The notes under the pieces are model-generated. The model was not told the DNA's origin, did no database searches, and was given only the letters and a program-made list of their open reading frames with translations. 64,000 bases of DNA, from contig CAWJEN010000003.1 in the NCBI GenBank assembly GCA_963841915.1, positions 32,001 through 96,000 on the forward strand. Reading direction: 5' to 3'. A program made the translations under genes and the position numbers. Source of the DNA: an uncultured Planctomycetota bacterium (GTDB lineage: Bacteria; Planctomycetota; Phycisphaerae; Tepidisphaerales; Tepidisphaeraceae). Shown piece after piece: positions 1-10,084 of the stretch (positions within the stretch are counted from its first letter, which is position 1; every line of letters starts with the position of its first letter).

Positions 1-537
1 ACAGCCACTTGTCCTATGTCGTTCAAACGTTCCAGAGTGCGGACATAAGGCGAAGGTGCCGTTATCGTTAAGAACGATTCCATCTAATCTGTTGGCAGAG
101 ACATCATCCCCCAGCAACCGGCTTGCTGATCCATCGTGTACGACTTGAATTCCAGGACGAGATTGTGCGTGAACTAGGGTTGCAAGGAGCAACGGTGCAG
201 AACAACAAGCAGTTGGCAGGCGGCGTCGAAGCATGGTCAGGATTGTAGGTGGAAGTACCAGGGAACGCCAGTGCTGCGGAGCGGCCACTCCGGCTCAACG
301 TGCGCTACCAACGGCTGGCAGCCGGCTTCCTGTTCGAAATACTCTTGCAGACTGGAGACCTTCTTCAGGAAGACTGACAAGCCAAATCGCCGTCGCCGCG
401 GCGGCCGCGGCGGCGCATGTCGTAATCCTTGTGAACAGGTCTCGGCAGCTACGTCACGGTACGCACCCGTACCGTAATTTCTGTCGCACCCCGCCCGTAG
501 TGGCGACGACCCGCGGACGCTCCGGCGAGCCTGAGAA

Positions 538-553
538 TGTTCCACGTGGAACA
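538..553. promoter_or_regulatory. parS: parS site (ParB-binding centromere), copy 1
   Basis: Perfect palindrome TGTTCCACGTGGAACA, matching the bacterial parS consensus; intergenic. Confidence 0.88.
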
Positions 554-612
554 TTCCGACCCTCTGCCGGCACCCTTAACCCTCGCCACAGCCCGCGGCA
601 GGGGGTGGCGAT

Positions 613-628
613 TGTTCCACGTGGAACA
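613..628. promoter_or_regulatory. parS: parS site, copy 2
   Basis: Identical TGTTCCACGTGGAACA, 75 bp after copy 1. Confidence 0.88.
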
Positions 629-737
629 TTCGGGTTGAAGCGAGTGCTGAGAATCCATTTGGCCGCCGCTGCGCACCTTTGCCGACGTGCGGTGGGATGT
701 CGTGCAGCAAGTCGCGTGGTCCCTACCGTGCCGGCGC

Positions 738-3600
738 ATGCCTGCATTGACCGCCGAATCCTCCTCTCCCGCCGATCGGCCGCTCGTCAAGCACGGGTTC
801 CTCTCGATCGAGAAGCAGCTCGCCTACCTCAGCGGGTGCCTGCGGGATGTGCTGGTGGATCTGGGCGAGCACGAGGCGGCCAAGCACGTTGATGACGCCA
901 CCAATGTCCCACCCGCGGCATCCGGTACCGCGTACGACCGGCTGGCCCAGGTCGATTCGGTTTGGTTCCAGCTGCTGAACATGGTCGAGGAGCTGGTCGC
1001 AGGCGACGTGCGGAAGTTGCGGGAAGCCGAGCAAGGGCCGGCGGCCGAGCCGGGGCTTTGGGGGCGGACGCTGAGTGATCTTGCGAAGCAAGGGTCTCAC
1101 GCCCGACCCAGGTGGCCGAGGCACTACAGCATGTTCGCATCGAGCCGGTGCTGACGGCCCACCCGACGGAGGCCAAGCCGTCGACCGTCATTGAGCAGCA
1201 CCGGGCGTTGTTTCTGCTGCTGGGTGAGCTGCACGCGCTGCAGACCGACGTGGACCGCGAAGACCACCGCGAACGCACCAAGGCGGCGTTGGAACGGCTG
1301 TGGCGGACGGGTGAAATCCTGCTGCAGAAGCCTGACCTTGCCGCCGAGCGTGCGAACCTGCTGTTCTATCTGCGGGAAGTCTTTCCAGATGCCGTCGCCG
1401 ACGTGGACCGTCGGTTGCGTCGTGCGTGGCAGGCGGCGGGGTATCCGACGCTCGACGACGACCCGTCCAAGCTCCCGGAAGTCAGTTTCGGCTTCTGGGC
1501 GGGCGGTGACCGCGACGGCCACCCGGGCGTCACCCATGCCGTGACGCGCCGCACCTTCGGTGAGTTGCGCCGAGGTGCGATTCAGTCGCACTCGAAGATG
1601 CTGCTTCGTTTGTCAGACCGCCTGAGCCTCAGCAGCTATGTCCAAACGCCGCCTGACGAACTTGTGGCACGCGTCGAAGAGTTGGCAAAGGCCCACCCGA
1701 ACGCGTATGAGGAGATCACGACGCGGCACCCGAACGAGCCTTGGCGTCACCTGGCGCTGCTCATGCGGGTCCACCTGCCGCCGCCTCCCGGAAAGCCGGG
1801 TCGCGGCGAGGGAGAGTCGGCGGCCTCTGGTGAGAATCGCAAGGTGTTCTACCCCGACGCCCCCGCCTTTGCAGACGACTTGAAGCTGCTGCGTGAGGCC
1901 TTGCGGCCGGTCGGTGCGAGCCGTTTAGCCGCCGCCGATGTATCGCCAGCGCTCCGCCGCGTCGGCGTGCTCGGGTTCCACCTCGGCAAGCTCGACGTCC
2001 GTCAGAACAGCGATTATCACGACCGCGCCTTTAGTCAACTGCTCAAGGCTGCCGGGTTCGACGACGCCGACTCCTGGGCGGAATGGCCCGAGGAACGCCG
2101 GCTTGAGCTACTCAATCGCGAGCTCGTCGGCCCGCGCCCATTCACCCGCTTCGGCCGCAAGATCGGCACCGAGTGCGACGAGTTGCTCGCGACCTATCGC
2201 GTGCTCAGCGACCAGGCTGACAAGTACGGCTGGGACGGCCTGGGCCCGCTCATCGTCAGCATGACGCACCGGCTCAGCGACCTGCTGGTCGTCTACGTCT
2301 TCGCCCGCGAGGCAGGGTTGGCACGCTTCCAGGTCGATGCCGAGAAGGGGGGCGGGCGTCTTGTCTGCCCGCTACCGGTCGTGCCGTTGTTCGAGACGAA
2401 CGACGACCTGGAGATCGCACCGGGCCTCATGGCCGACTTCCTACGGCACCCGGTGACGCAGGCCAGCATCCGCAGCCGACCGGGTCGGCCGCCGTCGCTG
2501 CTAGTCAGTCGAGGCGAGACGTTGCCCGTCCAGCAGGTCATGCTGGGTTACAGCGACTCCAACAAGTCCAGCGGCATTCTGGCAGCCCAGTACGCACTGC
2601 ACGTCTGCCAGGAGCAGCTCAGCGACGTGGCCGACGAAATCGGCGTGCGGCTCCGCTTCTTCCACGGTCGCGGCGGCACCATCAGCCGCGGTGCCGGCCC
2701 GACGCACCGCTTCCTCGAAAGCCTTCCGCAACGGTCGCTCGGTGGTGATGTTCGCCTGACCGAGCAGGGCGAAACCGTCAGTCAGAAGTTCGCCAACACG
2801 GAGTCCGCCGCTTACAACCTCGAACTTCTCGTCGCCGGTGTGACGGGCGTGACGCTCGAAAATCGTGCCAGCCACGGTTCCAGCAAGCCGCCGCACCATG
2901 CGTTAAGGCCGGCGGCGGCGTTGCTCAGCGACTACAGCCGCGACGCTTACCGCGAGTTGGTCGAGGCGGACGGCTTCATCGACTTCTTCCGCCAGGCGAC
3001 CCCGATCGATGTTCTCGAGCAGTCGAACATCGGCTCCCGCCCCAGCCGGCGGACCGGTCAGCGAACGCTCGACGACCTGCGGGCCATCCCCTGGGTCTTC
3101 AGCTGGAACCAGGCCCGCTTCTACCTGCCCGGCTGGTTCGGCGTCGGCACCGCCCTCGAACGACTCGCGGGCGAAGAGCCAAAGTTATTCGAGCGGCTGT
3201 GCGACGATCAGACGGGAGTGTCGGACTATCCGTTCCTCAACTACGTGCTGACGAATGTGGAGACGAACATCGCCAGTGCGGATCGCGACCTCATGCAGCG
3301 GTACGCCCAGCTGGTGGAGGACAAGGACCTTCGCGAGCGGTTCATGCAGACGCTGCTGGGTGAGTACGACCGGACCGAGCAATCATTGAACCAGCTGTTC
3401 GGCGGCCTGCCGCTCGCCGACCGGCGGCCACGCATGGTGCGGACGCTGGATCTGCGTGAGGCCCGACTTCGTGTATTGCACGAGCGTCAGATTGACCTGC
3501 TGCAAGCAGTTCCGCACGCAGCGAAGACACGGCCGGCTTGCTGCCGCAGTTGTTGCTCAGCGTCAACGCCATCGCCAGTGGCCTCCGCACGACGGGCTGA
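738..3600 (+). CDS. ppc: Phosphoenolpyruvate carboxylase, frameshifted in this sequence near 1090-1112 and 3505-3540
   Basis: Motifs VLTAHPTE, GGDRDGHP, LDVRQNS, QQVMLGYSDSNK, FFHGRGGTISRG, LRAIPWVFSWNQAR. The canonical C-terminus SVNAIASGLRTTG* is in another frame ending at 3600; the N-terminus is in ORF 687..1154. Confidence 0.92.
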
Positions 3601-3796
3601 CGCAGCACGACAGGACAGGAAGCCGCGACGTGGCGTCAACCTGTCGCCTACGACAGATTCGCCCGTCGGCTAGCAACTGTGCGAATTTTCAAATTGATGC
3701 GGGAACGGCATTGGATATTCAGGTGACCGTCAATTTAACGCCGTTATCGCCGCACGGCTTCGAAGCAAAGGAAATTTGCCGGCGAATCGGGCGTGT

Positions 3797-3811
3797 TGGC
3801 ACAGCACTTGC
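3797..3811 (+). promoter_or_regulatory. Putative sigma-54 (-24/-12) promoter
   Basis: TGGCAC-AGCAC-TTGC with exact GG-N10-GC spacing, AT-rich upstream DNA, about 75 bp before a gene with a strong RBS. Confidence 0.65.
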
Positions 3812-3883
3812 CTCCAGTGTTTGTGGGAGACGTTACGACAACAGTGACGTTGCATTACTCACTGATACAGAAGGAGATACAAG

Positions 3884-4132
3884 ATGAGCATTGGAGCCGA
3901 CGCCTTCGCCGCCACTGGCCTGCACCCGACATTCGACCCCTACGAGCCGACCGTCGAGCGGCTGACGGTCCACCAGACGCAGTGCCGATCCTGCGGCAAC
4001 GAGCCAGCCGATCCGTTGTCGCCGCCTCGTCGTTGCCCCAAGTGCGGCAGCACGTCGTGGGAGCGTTTTGCACTGCCGGGCAGCATTCTGAAGAACAGCA
4101 TTCGCTACGGCCGCCGCGTCGGATTGTCCTGA
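3884..4132 (+). CDS. Small zinc-ribbon protein (82 aa)
   Basis: CRSC...CPKC pairs; GAAGGAG RBS before the ATG. Confidence 0.75.
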   Translation: MSIGADAFAATGLHPTFDPYEPTVERLTVHQTQCRSCGNEPADPLSPPRRCPKCGSTSWERFALPGSILKNSIRYGRRVGLS

Positions 4133-4265
4133 TCCGACATCAGTCGTCGCGTCGCGATGACGTGACCGCCCGAGCAACTGATAACGCATGTCGCCGCCGT
4201 CCGCTGGACGTCGGCGACGTCGTTCAATGACATCCACCGACACTTAGGATGCACAGCAGGTTTGT

Positions 4266-4439
4266 GGTGTCCGCCACCGCGCCCTGTGGACGGACGACTT
4301 GCAGCGCCTGCACGTCCCGATGAAAAAGGTCCTGCCGTGGGTCACCGCGGCCGACCACAACCCGTCGACGCGCCTGCTCGACGCGGAGGATTTGCGGCAA
4401 CGCGTAGCACCGGTCGATCGGCAGATGACGCTGTTCTGA
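4266..4439 (+). pseudogene. Probable 3' remnant of a DNA modification/repair radical SAM gene (TIGR03916-like)
   Basis: Frame reads RHRALWTDDLQRLHVPMKKVLPWVTAADHNPSTRLLDAEDLRQRVAPVDRQMTLF*. Recognised from memory as like that family's C-terminus; in-frame stop upstream and no radical SAM core. Confidence 0.45.
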
Positions 4440-4551
4440 GTCTGGACACACGCCCGTCTCGAGGTGAATGAACTCGCACCAGCATCACGATGAGTTTCAG
4501 CGCAGAACCCGAAGCAATGGCTCGCAATACCGTGAACGCTGACTCTGTGCT

Positions 4552-4881
4552 TTGTTAGCTCTAGCTGTGGCCGAGCGTAGCTGCGCTTTGATGAGCTTCA
4601 CGCGTCACGAGGTCGACCGAGATCCGCCTGCCACTGTTTCGGCCGACGCCGAAGGCCCGCATCAGGTTCGGCTGGCATCGGTTCGTCGACCGTGTGACGG
4701 TCAGTACGAAACTGCTATTGAAGCCTTTGAGGCTGTTCTCGGCAGAGGGCAGAGAGTCAATGGTGACACGGGCGTGAGATATCGCCTGTCGCGTGACAGC
4801 TTCGGCGTCGACGACCTTTACCTCTACCTCGGCGTCGAAGACGACGGATCAGTCGTCGCAGCAAAAATTGTGTCACAGTAG
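4552..4881 (+). CDS. Hypothetical protein, possibly a fragment
   Basis: 109-aa ORF with a protein-like C-terminal half; start uncertain. Confidence 0.35.
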   Translation: MLALAVAERSCALMSFTRHEVDRDPPATVSADAEGPHQVRLASVRRPCDGQYETAIEAFEAVLGRGQRVNGDTGVRYRLSRDSFGVDDLYLYLGVEDDGSVVAAKIVSQ

Positions 4882-4992
4882 GACGCCGTGGTGGGCGATA
4901 GCGCGTCGGCAAGCCCTCGCTAGTAGTCGGCTTTGTCATGGACGTGCAGGTGTACAGGACGATGTTGGGCCGCGACCCACCGTCGCACGCCG

Positions 4993-5064
4993 GGTGCCAC
5001 GGCTTGCTGTGCAAGCCGTGTCTGCTCGATTCGCCGCACGGCTCGCACAGCATGCCGTGGCACC
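4993..5064. repeat. REP doublet (REPIN-like), GGTGCCACGGC family
   Basis: ggtgccacggcttgctgtgcaagccgtg ... cacggctcgcacagcatgccgtggcacc: inverted arms, each itself an imperfect hairpin. Confidence 0.7.
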
Positions 5065-5453
5065 AGTGCACTTGGCATCAGGCCTTATCGTGCCCGCCGC
5101 CGTGCGCCTGAACCCACTCGCCCCCAGGTCGTCGCGTCCGGGAAGCTCGGCCTCGCCGCGGGCCGCCACGCCCGCCCCCACCCGCCCCAGCACCCCCGAC
5201 GACGGCCGAGCGCGCAAAGAAGTCAGGCGTCGCAAACGACGCTTCGTTCGCTGCAATCAACGCGTCGTTTGTCACGACGGAGAGCCTACAAGAGGTCGAA
5301 CGGCCGATGCGGCGACCGCCTTCGAACCCACCGATCCCCGAGCGGCGACGCCTGACCCCGTCGATCCCGACCGGGGTTCACGGCAGAAGCCTACCTGAGT
5401 TCACGCTCCCGCCCGACCGCGAACCTCGGCAGCCCCTGACGTTCAACCCTTCT

Positions 5454-5527
5454 GTAGGGTGGGCTTCAGCCCACCACCGGCGGCTGAGCGGCGTTCGCCT
5501 CCCGTGGTGGGCTAAAGCCGACCCTAC
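5454..5527. repeat. GTAG-type REP doublet (REPIN-like)
   Basis: GTAGGGTGGGCTTCAGCCCACC ... GGTGGGCTAAAGCCGACCCTAC inverted pair with GTAG/CTAC ends. Confidence 0.8.
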
Positions 5528-5557
5528 TTGGCTAATCCCAGGCTACGGTGTTACCAA

Positions 5558-6136
5558 GTGATCGATGTTGACACTATCTCCCAACGTGTTGTCGGGGCCT
5601 TTGCTCTAAGCGGCATCGCTTATGTCTCGGTATACATGTACGAGAGAGGGATTGCTGACTTCTACGGATATCCGTTCGATTGGATTGAACTGCAGCTTGT
5701 CAACAGCGTTGTTCCGCTTATGATTTGCGGAGTAGTAGTCTTTATCGCTCTGATGCTCCTGGGAATTGCCGACAACAATTTTCTACGTGCGATTCCCGAA
5801 GGTGCTTTGTTGCGAAGGATAAAAACCCTTCTCATTATGCTGATACTCGGCACCATTCTGTTTTTAATGGAACAAGCTGAGTCGCTAGGTGGAAGCACAT
5901 TCCTTCCTGTGTTCGCCACGTCGCTCGTGATTTTTATCCTGAGTTTCTTCATAACACCGCTACTGCTTCAGTCATCGGACGGGACAAAGCTTTCCTATGC
6001 TGAAAAGCTGCAACTCGACGAGGATCGGGACAAGGGGAAGGTTGCCGCGGGCAATGAGGACATCGTTGGCCGCCTTGTCCACCTGCTCCCAATCCCGTTG
6101 GCCTGCTTGTACTCTGCTCGCTTTTGTTGCGCTTGA
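5558..6136 (+). CDS. Hypothetical multi-pass membrane protein, AT-richer than host DNA; 3' end possibly frameshifted
   Basis: Several hydrophobic segments; base composition visibly different from the flanks. Confidence 0.6.
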   Translation: MIDVDTISQRVVGAFALSGIAYVSVYMYERGIADFYGYPFDWIELQLVNSVVPLMICGVVVFIALMLLGIADNNFLRAIPEGALLRRIKTLLIMLILGTILFLMEQAESLGGSTFLPVFATSLVIFILSFFITPLLLQSSDGTKLSYAEKLQLDEDRDKGKVAAGNEDIVGRLVHLLPIPLACLYSARFCCA

Positions 6137-6304
6137 CGACGGGGGCATCGCTCCGGCGAGAAGGCACTGGAGTGAGACAGCAGCAAAGAACGACCAGGAC
6201 TGCGGAATGTTCATCCGGACTCGAGCATCAGGGTACCATTCAACATTGGATTACAGTCGAGTAGGTCGACCAGCTGATGGCAGATCACAGCCCATTCGCC
6301 GCCG

Positions 6305-6922
6305 TCACAGCAGCGTCACGAGCTGCCGCGCAAACGCCGCCTTGTCGGCGACGGGCATCTCGACCTCCGAGCCGTGTTGGCCGAAGACGACGGCCCGGAC
6401 CTCGCCGCTGTCGAGGGTGGCGATCGGGTTGAAGACGAGCCAGTCGCACCCCTTGCGGGCCAGCTTCGCCCTCGCCCGGTCGCGGGCGGCGGGCGTGTCG
6501 TCGTCGAGGCTGAAGCCGACGAGGACCTGTCCGTCCCTGCGGAGGCGGCCGGCGGCGGCGAGGATGTCCTCGGTCGGCTCGAACTCGAGCGTCAGGCCGT
6601 CACCTCTCCGCAGCTTGACGTCGCTGACGCCCCCACCCTTGGGCCGAAAGTCGGCGACGGCCGCGGCCATGACGAGGGCGTCGCTCGTCGGCCAGCGCTC
6701 CAGGACCGCGTCGTGCATCTGCCGCGTCGTCTCGACGGGCACCACCTCGACCGTCGGCGGCATCGCGACGCTCATGCTGCCGCAGACGGCGACGACGTCA
6801 TGCCCGGCCTCGACGGCGGCGTCGGCGATGGCCGCGCCCATGCGGCCGCTGCTGCGGTTGCCGAGATAGCGGACGGCGTCGACCGGCTCCCGCGTCCCGC
6901 CGGCGGTCAGGAGGAGCTTCAC
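6305..6922 (-). CDS. coaB: Phosphopantothenate-cysteine ligase (stand-alone CoaB domain)
   Basis: LLTAGGTREPVDAVRYLGNRSSGRMG, MAAAVADFRP, LVGFSL. Confidence 0.9.
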   Translation of the reverse strand: MKLLLTAGGTREPVDAVRYLGNRSSGRMGAAIADAAVEAGHDVVAVCGSMSVAMPPTVEVVPVETTRQMHDAVLERWPTSDALVMAAAVADFRPKGGGVSDVKLRRGDGLTLEFEPTEDILAAAGRLRRDGQVLVGFSLDDDTPAARDRARAKLARKGCDWLVFNPIATLDSGEVRAVVFGQHGSEVEMPVADKAAFARQLVTLL

Positions 6923-7364
6923 GGGCGGGGAAGTTGGTGCAGGAGGAGCGTCGGCACGTCGGCAACGTCGGCCATGCCCGCGTCGTTGGTGACGAAGGCA
7001 TCGGCCGCGTGCTGTTCGGCCGTCGCTAAGTGGATCGCGTCGGGCGTCTTCAGCGACGCGGCGGCTCGCAACTCTGCCGCCCGTCGAAGGATGGGCAATG
7101 TCATCGGAAGCAGGTCCATCCCGTCCGAACCGAAGAGCGTCGTCTCGTAGAAGCGCCGCAGCCGGGCATCGCCCGCACGAAACGGTAGAACGAGGACCTC
7201 CGATACGATGATCTCGCTCGCGACCAATTGGAGTTCTCCGGCCCGTGGGCCTCGAACAGCGGGCGGACGAGGTAGAACCAAGGCGTGACGGTCTCGCCGA
7301 CGTAGATCAGGACGTTGGTGTCGATGAAGACGCGACCGCTCGTCGGCAGCTGCGTCAGTCCCAC
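6919..7364 (-). CDS. vapC: PIN-domain toxin (VapC-like), one frameshift near 7240
   Basis: VFIDTNVLIY in ORF 7101..7364; AAELRAAASLKTPDAIHLATA...FVTND in ORF 6919..7437; stop overlaps the coaB GTG. Confidence 0.85.
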
Positions 7365-7681
7365 GATTTTCGCTCCTTGCGGATGTACTCGTCGACTTCC
7401 TCGCCCGTCTTGAACATGGGCGGGATGCCCATGGCAAATCGCTTCTCGACCATCTCGAGGATGCTCATGCCCTTGAACGGATTCTCCTCATCTTCGGTCG
7501 CAACGTCCCGTGGCGGCAGCCGCCTTGAGGCGCGGCACGATCAGCAGCTCGACGTCCTCGCCGTCGGCGATCTCGGGGATGTCGGCCTCGACGTGGCCGT
7601 TGCGACCGGCACGGACGCGGACGCGGTAGCCCGCTCGGTCGTGACGGCGGGGGCGGCGGGCTCGGCTTCGGCGACGCTCAT
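7355..7681 (-). CDS. Putative antitoxin, frameshifted in this sequence
   Basis: Pieced reading MSVAEAEP..YRVRVRAGRNGHVEADIPEIADGEDVELLIV...EEVDEYIRKERKSWD*; overlaps the toxin start; acidic tail like VapB-type partners. Confidence 0.7.
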
Positions 7682-7685
7682 GACG

Positions 7686-8156
7686 TCACTCTACCGCATC
7701 GCCGCCCTCGGCGGGAGGCGGGGCAGCGACGACCCGCCCGCACTCGGGGCAGACGCCGCTGACGTTGCCGGTGAGGTCGTAGCCGCAGGCGGAGCAGAGA
7801 GCTGGAAGGCGATCTCGAAGATACTTGCTCATTCGGCGTACCCGCAGGACTTGATCCGCTCCGATCATCGTTGGGAGAGTCACAACAACGCTAGAGCCGA
7901 TGATGCACGGGCCCGGAATGCCAGGGTTGAGACCGCTGAATGCGAACTGCCAAGCAGCAATGAAGACGAGGCCAATGAACAGGATTTGCACCGGGATGAA
8001 AAGCATCTCTCGACAGCCTGCACGTGTTGCTTTGACGGCATCATCAAAGAGTTCAGCTTTCCGCGAGTGCGATAAGTGCCTGAGTTCCGGCACGGTGTCG
8101 AAGAGGGCGCGGTTGTACGAATCCGCCGGTTCTTCATTCGGCATGGCAGGCCTCAT
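7686..8156 (-). CDS. Membrane protein with C-terminal zinc ribbon (CSACGYDLTGNVSGVCPECG)
   Basis: Two hydrophobic helices followed by the CxxCGYDL...CPECG motif; ATG overlaps the coaC stop. Confidence 0.75.
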   Translation of the reverse strand: MRPAMPNEEPADSYNRALFDTVPELRHLSHSRKAELFDDAVKATRAGCREMLFIPVQILFIGLVFIAAWQFAFSGLNPGIPGPCIIGSSVVVTLPTMIGADQVLRVRRMSKYLRDRLPALCSACGYDLTGNVSGVCPECGRVVAAPPPAEGGDAVE

Positions 8157-8716
8157 GACACCGAGAGAGACACGCAAGCTTGAAGAATCGCGTCCCGCTC
8201 CGCCAGCCGGCCCGCCCCCTGGTTGCGGCAGGCCAGCCATCCGCTGTCGGGGCCGACGAAGCTCACGCCGCGGGCCTTGAGCTTCTCGACCGCCTCCCCT
8301 GTCGCCGGGTTGGCCCACATGCGGTCGTTCATGCTCGGGGCCATCAGGACCGGGCAGGCCGACGCCGCGACGAGGAGGCTGACGACGTCGTCGCACAGGC
8401 CGACGGCGCACTTGCAAAGCAGGTGCATCGTCGCCGGGGCAATCAGCAGGAGGTCGGCCTTCTCGGTGAGCTTGATGTGCTGGGTGTCGGCGGCGTCGAC
8501 CTGGTTCCAGATGCCGGTGTGGACCGGCCGCTGCGTCAGCGCCTCGAAGGTCAGCGGCGTGACGAACTTCTGGGCGGCGTCGGTCATGGCGACGGTCACG
8601 CCGCAGCCGGCCTGGGCGAGCTTGCTGACGACGTCGCAGACCTTGTAGCACGCGATCCCGCCACCGACGCCGACGACGATCTCGCGGCCTTTGAGCGATG
8701 AGAGGTCGAGGTCCAC
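8153..8716 (-). CDS. coaC: Phosphopantothenoylcysteine decarboxylase (stand-alone CoaC flavoprotein)
   Basis: GVGGGIACYK, FVTPLTFEALT, HIKL, IAPAT, APSMNDRMW, GWLACRNQGAGRL. Confidence 0.92.
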   Translation of the reverse strand: MDLDLSSLKGREIVVGVGGGIACYKVCDVVSKLAQAGCGVTVAMTDAAQKFVTPLTFEALTQRPVHTGIWNQVDAADTQHIKLTEKADLLLIAPATMHLLCKCAVGLCDDVVSLLVAASACPVLMAPSMNDRMWANPATGEAVEKLKARGVSFVGPDSGWLACRNQGAGRLAERDAILQACVSLSVS

Positions 8717-8737
8717 GCCCGTACCTTATGGTGCGAC

Positions 8738-10006
8738 GTGCAAGGCGACACCACGATCTGCGCCGTCGCCACGCCGCCGGGCGTAGCGGTGCGGGCCATC
8801 GTGCGGACGAGTGGGCCGATGGCCATTGCCGTCGCTGAGGAGGTGGCAGGGCATTCGCTGCGGATTAGATGTGCAACGGCTGTTGCGCTGCCTTTGGCGG
8901 GTGCGACCATTTCGGCGGAGGTCTATGTCTTTGCAGCCCCTTCATCCCACACGGCAGAAAATGTTGTCGAGTACCACCTGACCGGCGGCCCGCTCGTGTC
9001 GCGGCTGCTCATCGAACGGCTTCACGCGCTCGGCCTGCACGACGCTCAGCCCGGCGAGTTCACCGCCCGCGCGTTCCTCAACGGCAAGATCAGCCTCGAC
9101 CGGGCCGAGGCGGTGCAGCTTGCCATCGCAGCCGACAACGACGCCGATCTGCAGGCGGCCCATCGACTTCGGCAGGGTGCACTGGCGGACGTGCTGGCGG
9201 GACCGACGGGCCAGACGTCGCACCTGCTGGCGATGGCGGAGGCGGCAATTGATTTCGCCAGCGAGCCCGACGTCACGCCACTCCCGCACGAGGTGGCACG
9301 GCGTGAGTTGGCGTCGCTCCACGCGTCTTTGCTCGTACTCGTAGCTGATCAGCAGCGGGTGACCGCTGACGCTGTGCCGACCGTCGCTCTCGTCGGCCGC
9401 CCGAATGCGGGCAAGAGCACGCTGTTCAACGCGTTGCTGAAGCGGACCCGCACCGTCGCCTCCGAGCAAGCAGGTACCACACGCGACGCCGTCGCCGCTG
9501 ACGTCACGATCAACGGCATCAAGATGCGTTTACTCGACCTGCCTGGCATCGGAACCTTCTCCAACGCCGTCGATGCCGCGGCCAGCGATCGGGCGGCAAC
9601 GCTGTCCGAGTCGGCCGACGTGCGCGTTCTTGTCGTTGATCCCGCCGACACAAATCGGCAGGCGGCGGATCTTGTTGTCACGACAAAATCGGACATTACG
9701 CAGGCCGGTGAATTTCAGGTGTCTGCCGTCACCGGCGACGGCATGTCAACATTGGAGCAACGCCTGGCAACGCTCGCCGGCCGCACGTCAATCGGCAGCG
9801 CACTGCGACTCAACGCACGGCACGCCGGTCTCATCCGTCAGGCAGCAGATCACGTGGCCGACGCCCTTGCAGCGGTCGATGCCGGTGACGAGCTTGTCGC
9901 CTTCTCACTGCGCGAAGCGCTCGACGCCCTTGGTGAAGTTGTCGGCGTCGTCACACCCGACGACGTCCTGGGCAAGATCTTCAGCGGCTTTTGCGTCGGG
10001 AAGTAA
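8738..10006 (+). CDS. mnmE: tRNA modification GTPase MnmE/TrmE
   Basis: DTTICAVATPPG, PGEFTARAFLNGK, GRPNAGKSTL, GTTRD, terminal IFSGFCVGK. Confidence 0.95.
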   Translation: MQGDTTICAVATPPGVAVRAIVRTSGPMAIAVAEEVAGHSLRIRCATAVALPLAGATISAEVYVFAAPSSHTAENVVEYHLTGGPLVSRLLIERLHALGLHDAQPGEFTARAFLNGKISLDRAEAVQLAIAADNDADLQAAHRLRQGALADVLAGPTGQTSHLLAMAEAAIDFASEPDVTPLPHEVARRELASLHASLLVLVADQQRVTADAVPTVALVGRPNAGKSTLFNALLKRTRTVASEQAGTTRDAVAADVTINGIKMRLLDLPGIGTFSNAVDAAASDRAATLSESADVRVLVVDPADTNRQAADLVVTTKSDITQAGEFQVSAVTGDGMSTLEQRLATLAGRTSIGSALRLNARHAGLIRQAADHVADALAAVDAGDELVAFSLREALDALGEVVGVVTPDDVLGKIFSGFCVGK

Positions 10007-10084
10007 GGAAACAGAGTGTCGTGCAACTCCCAGCCGGGTTGTCGCTGAAGACGAGAAGTCGTTACCCTTTTGCCGGACCACATT

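Noticed and set aside
1..380. Possible gene end in the AT-richer first 380 bp
   Set aside because: The plausible plus-strand frame is interrupted by stops and has no recognisable motif.
535..630. CRISPR array from the repeated palindromes
   Set aside because: Only two 16-bp copies per locus, matching parS; no cas genes in the window.
237..892. ORFs containing MFHVEH / VPRGT / CSTWN (also around 22376-23086)
   Set aside because: These peptides are translations of the parS palindrome, not genes.
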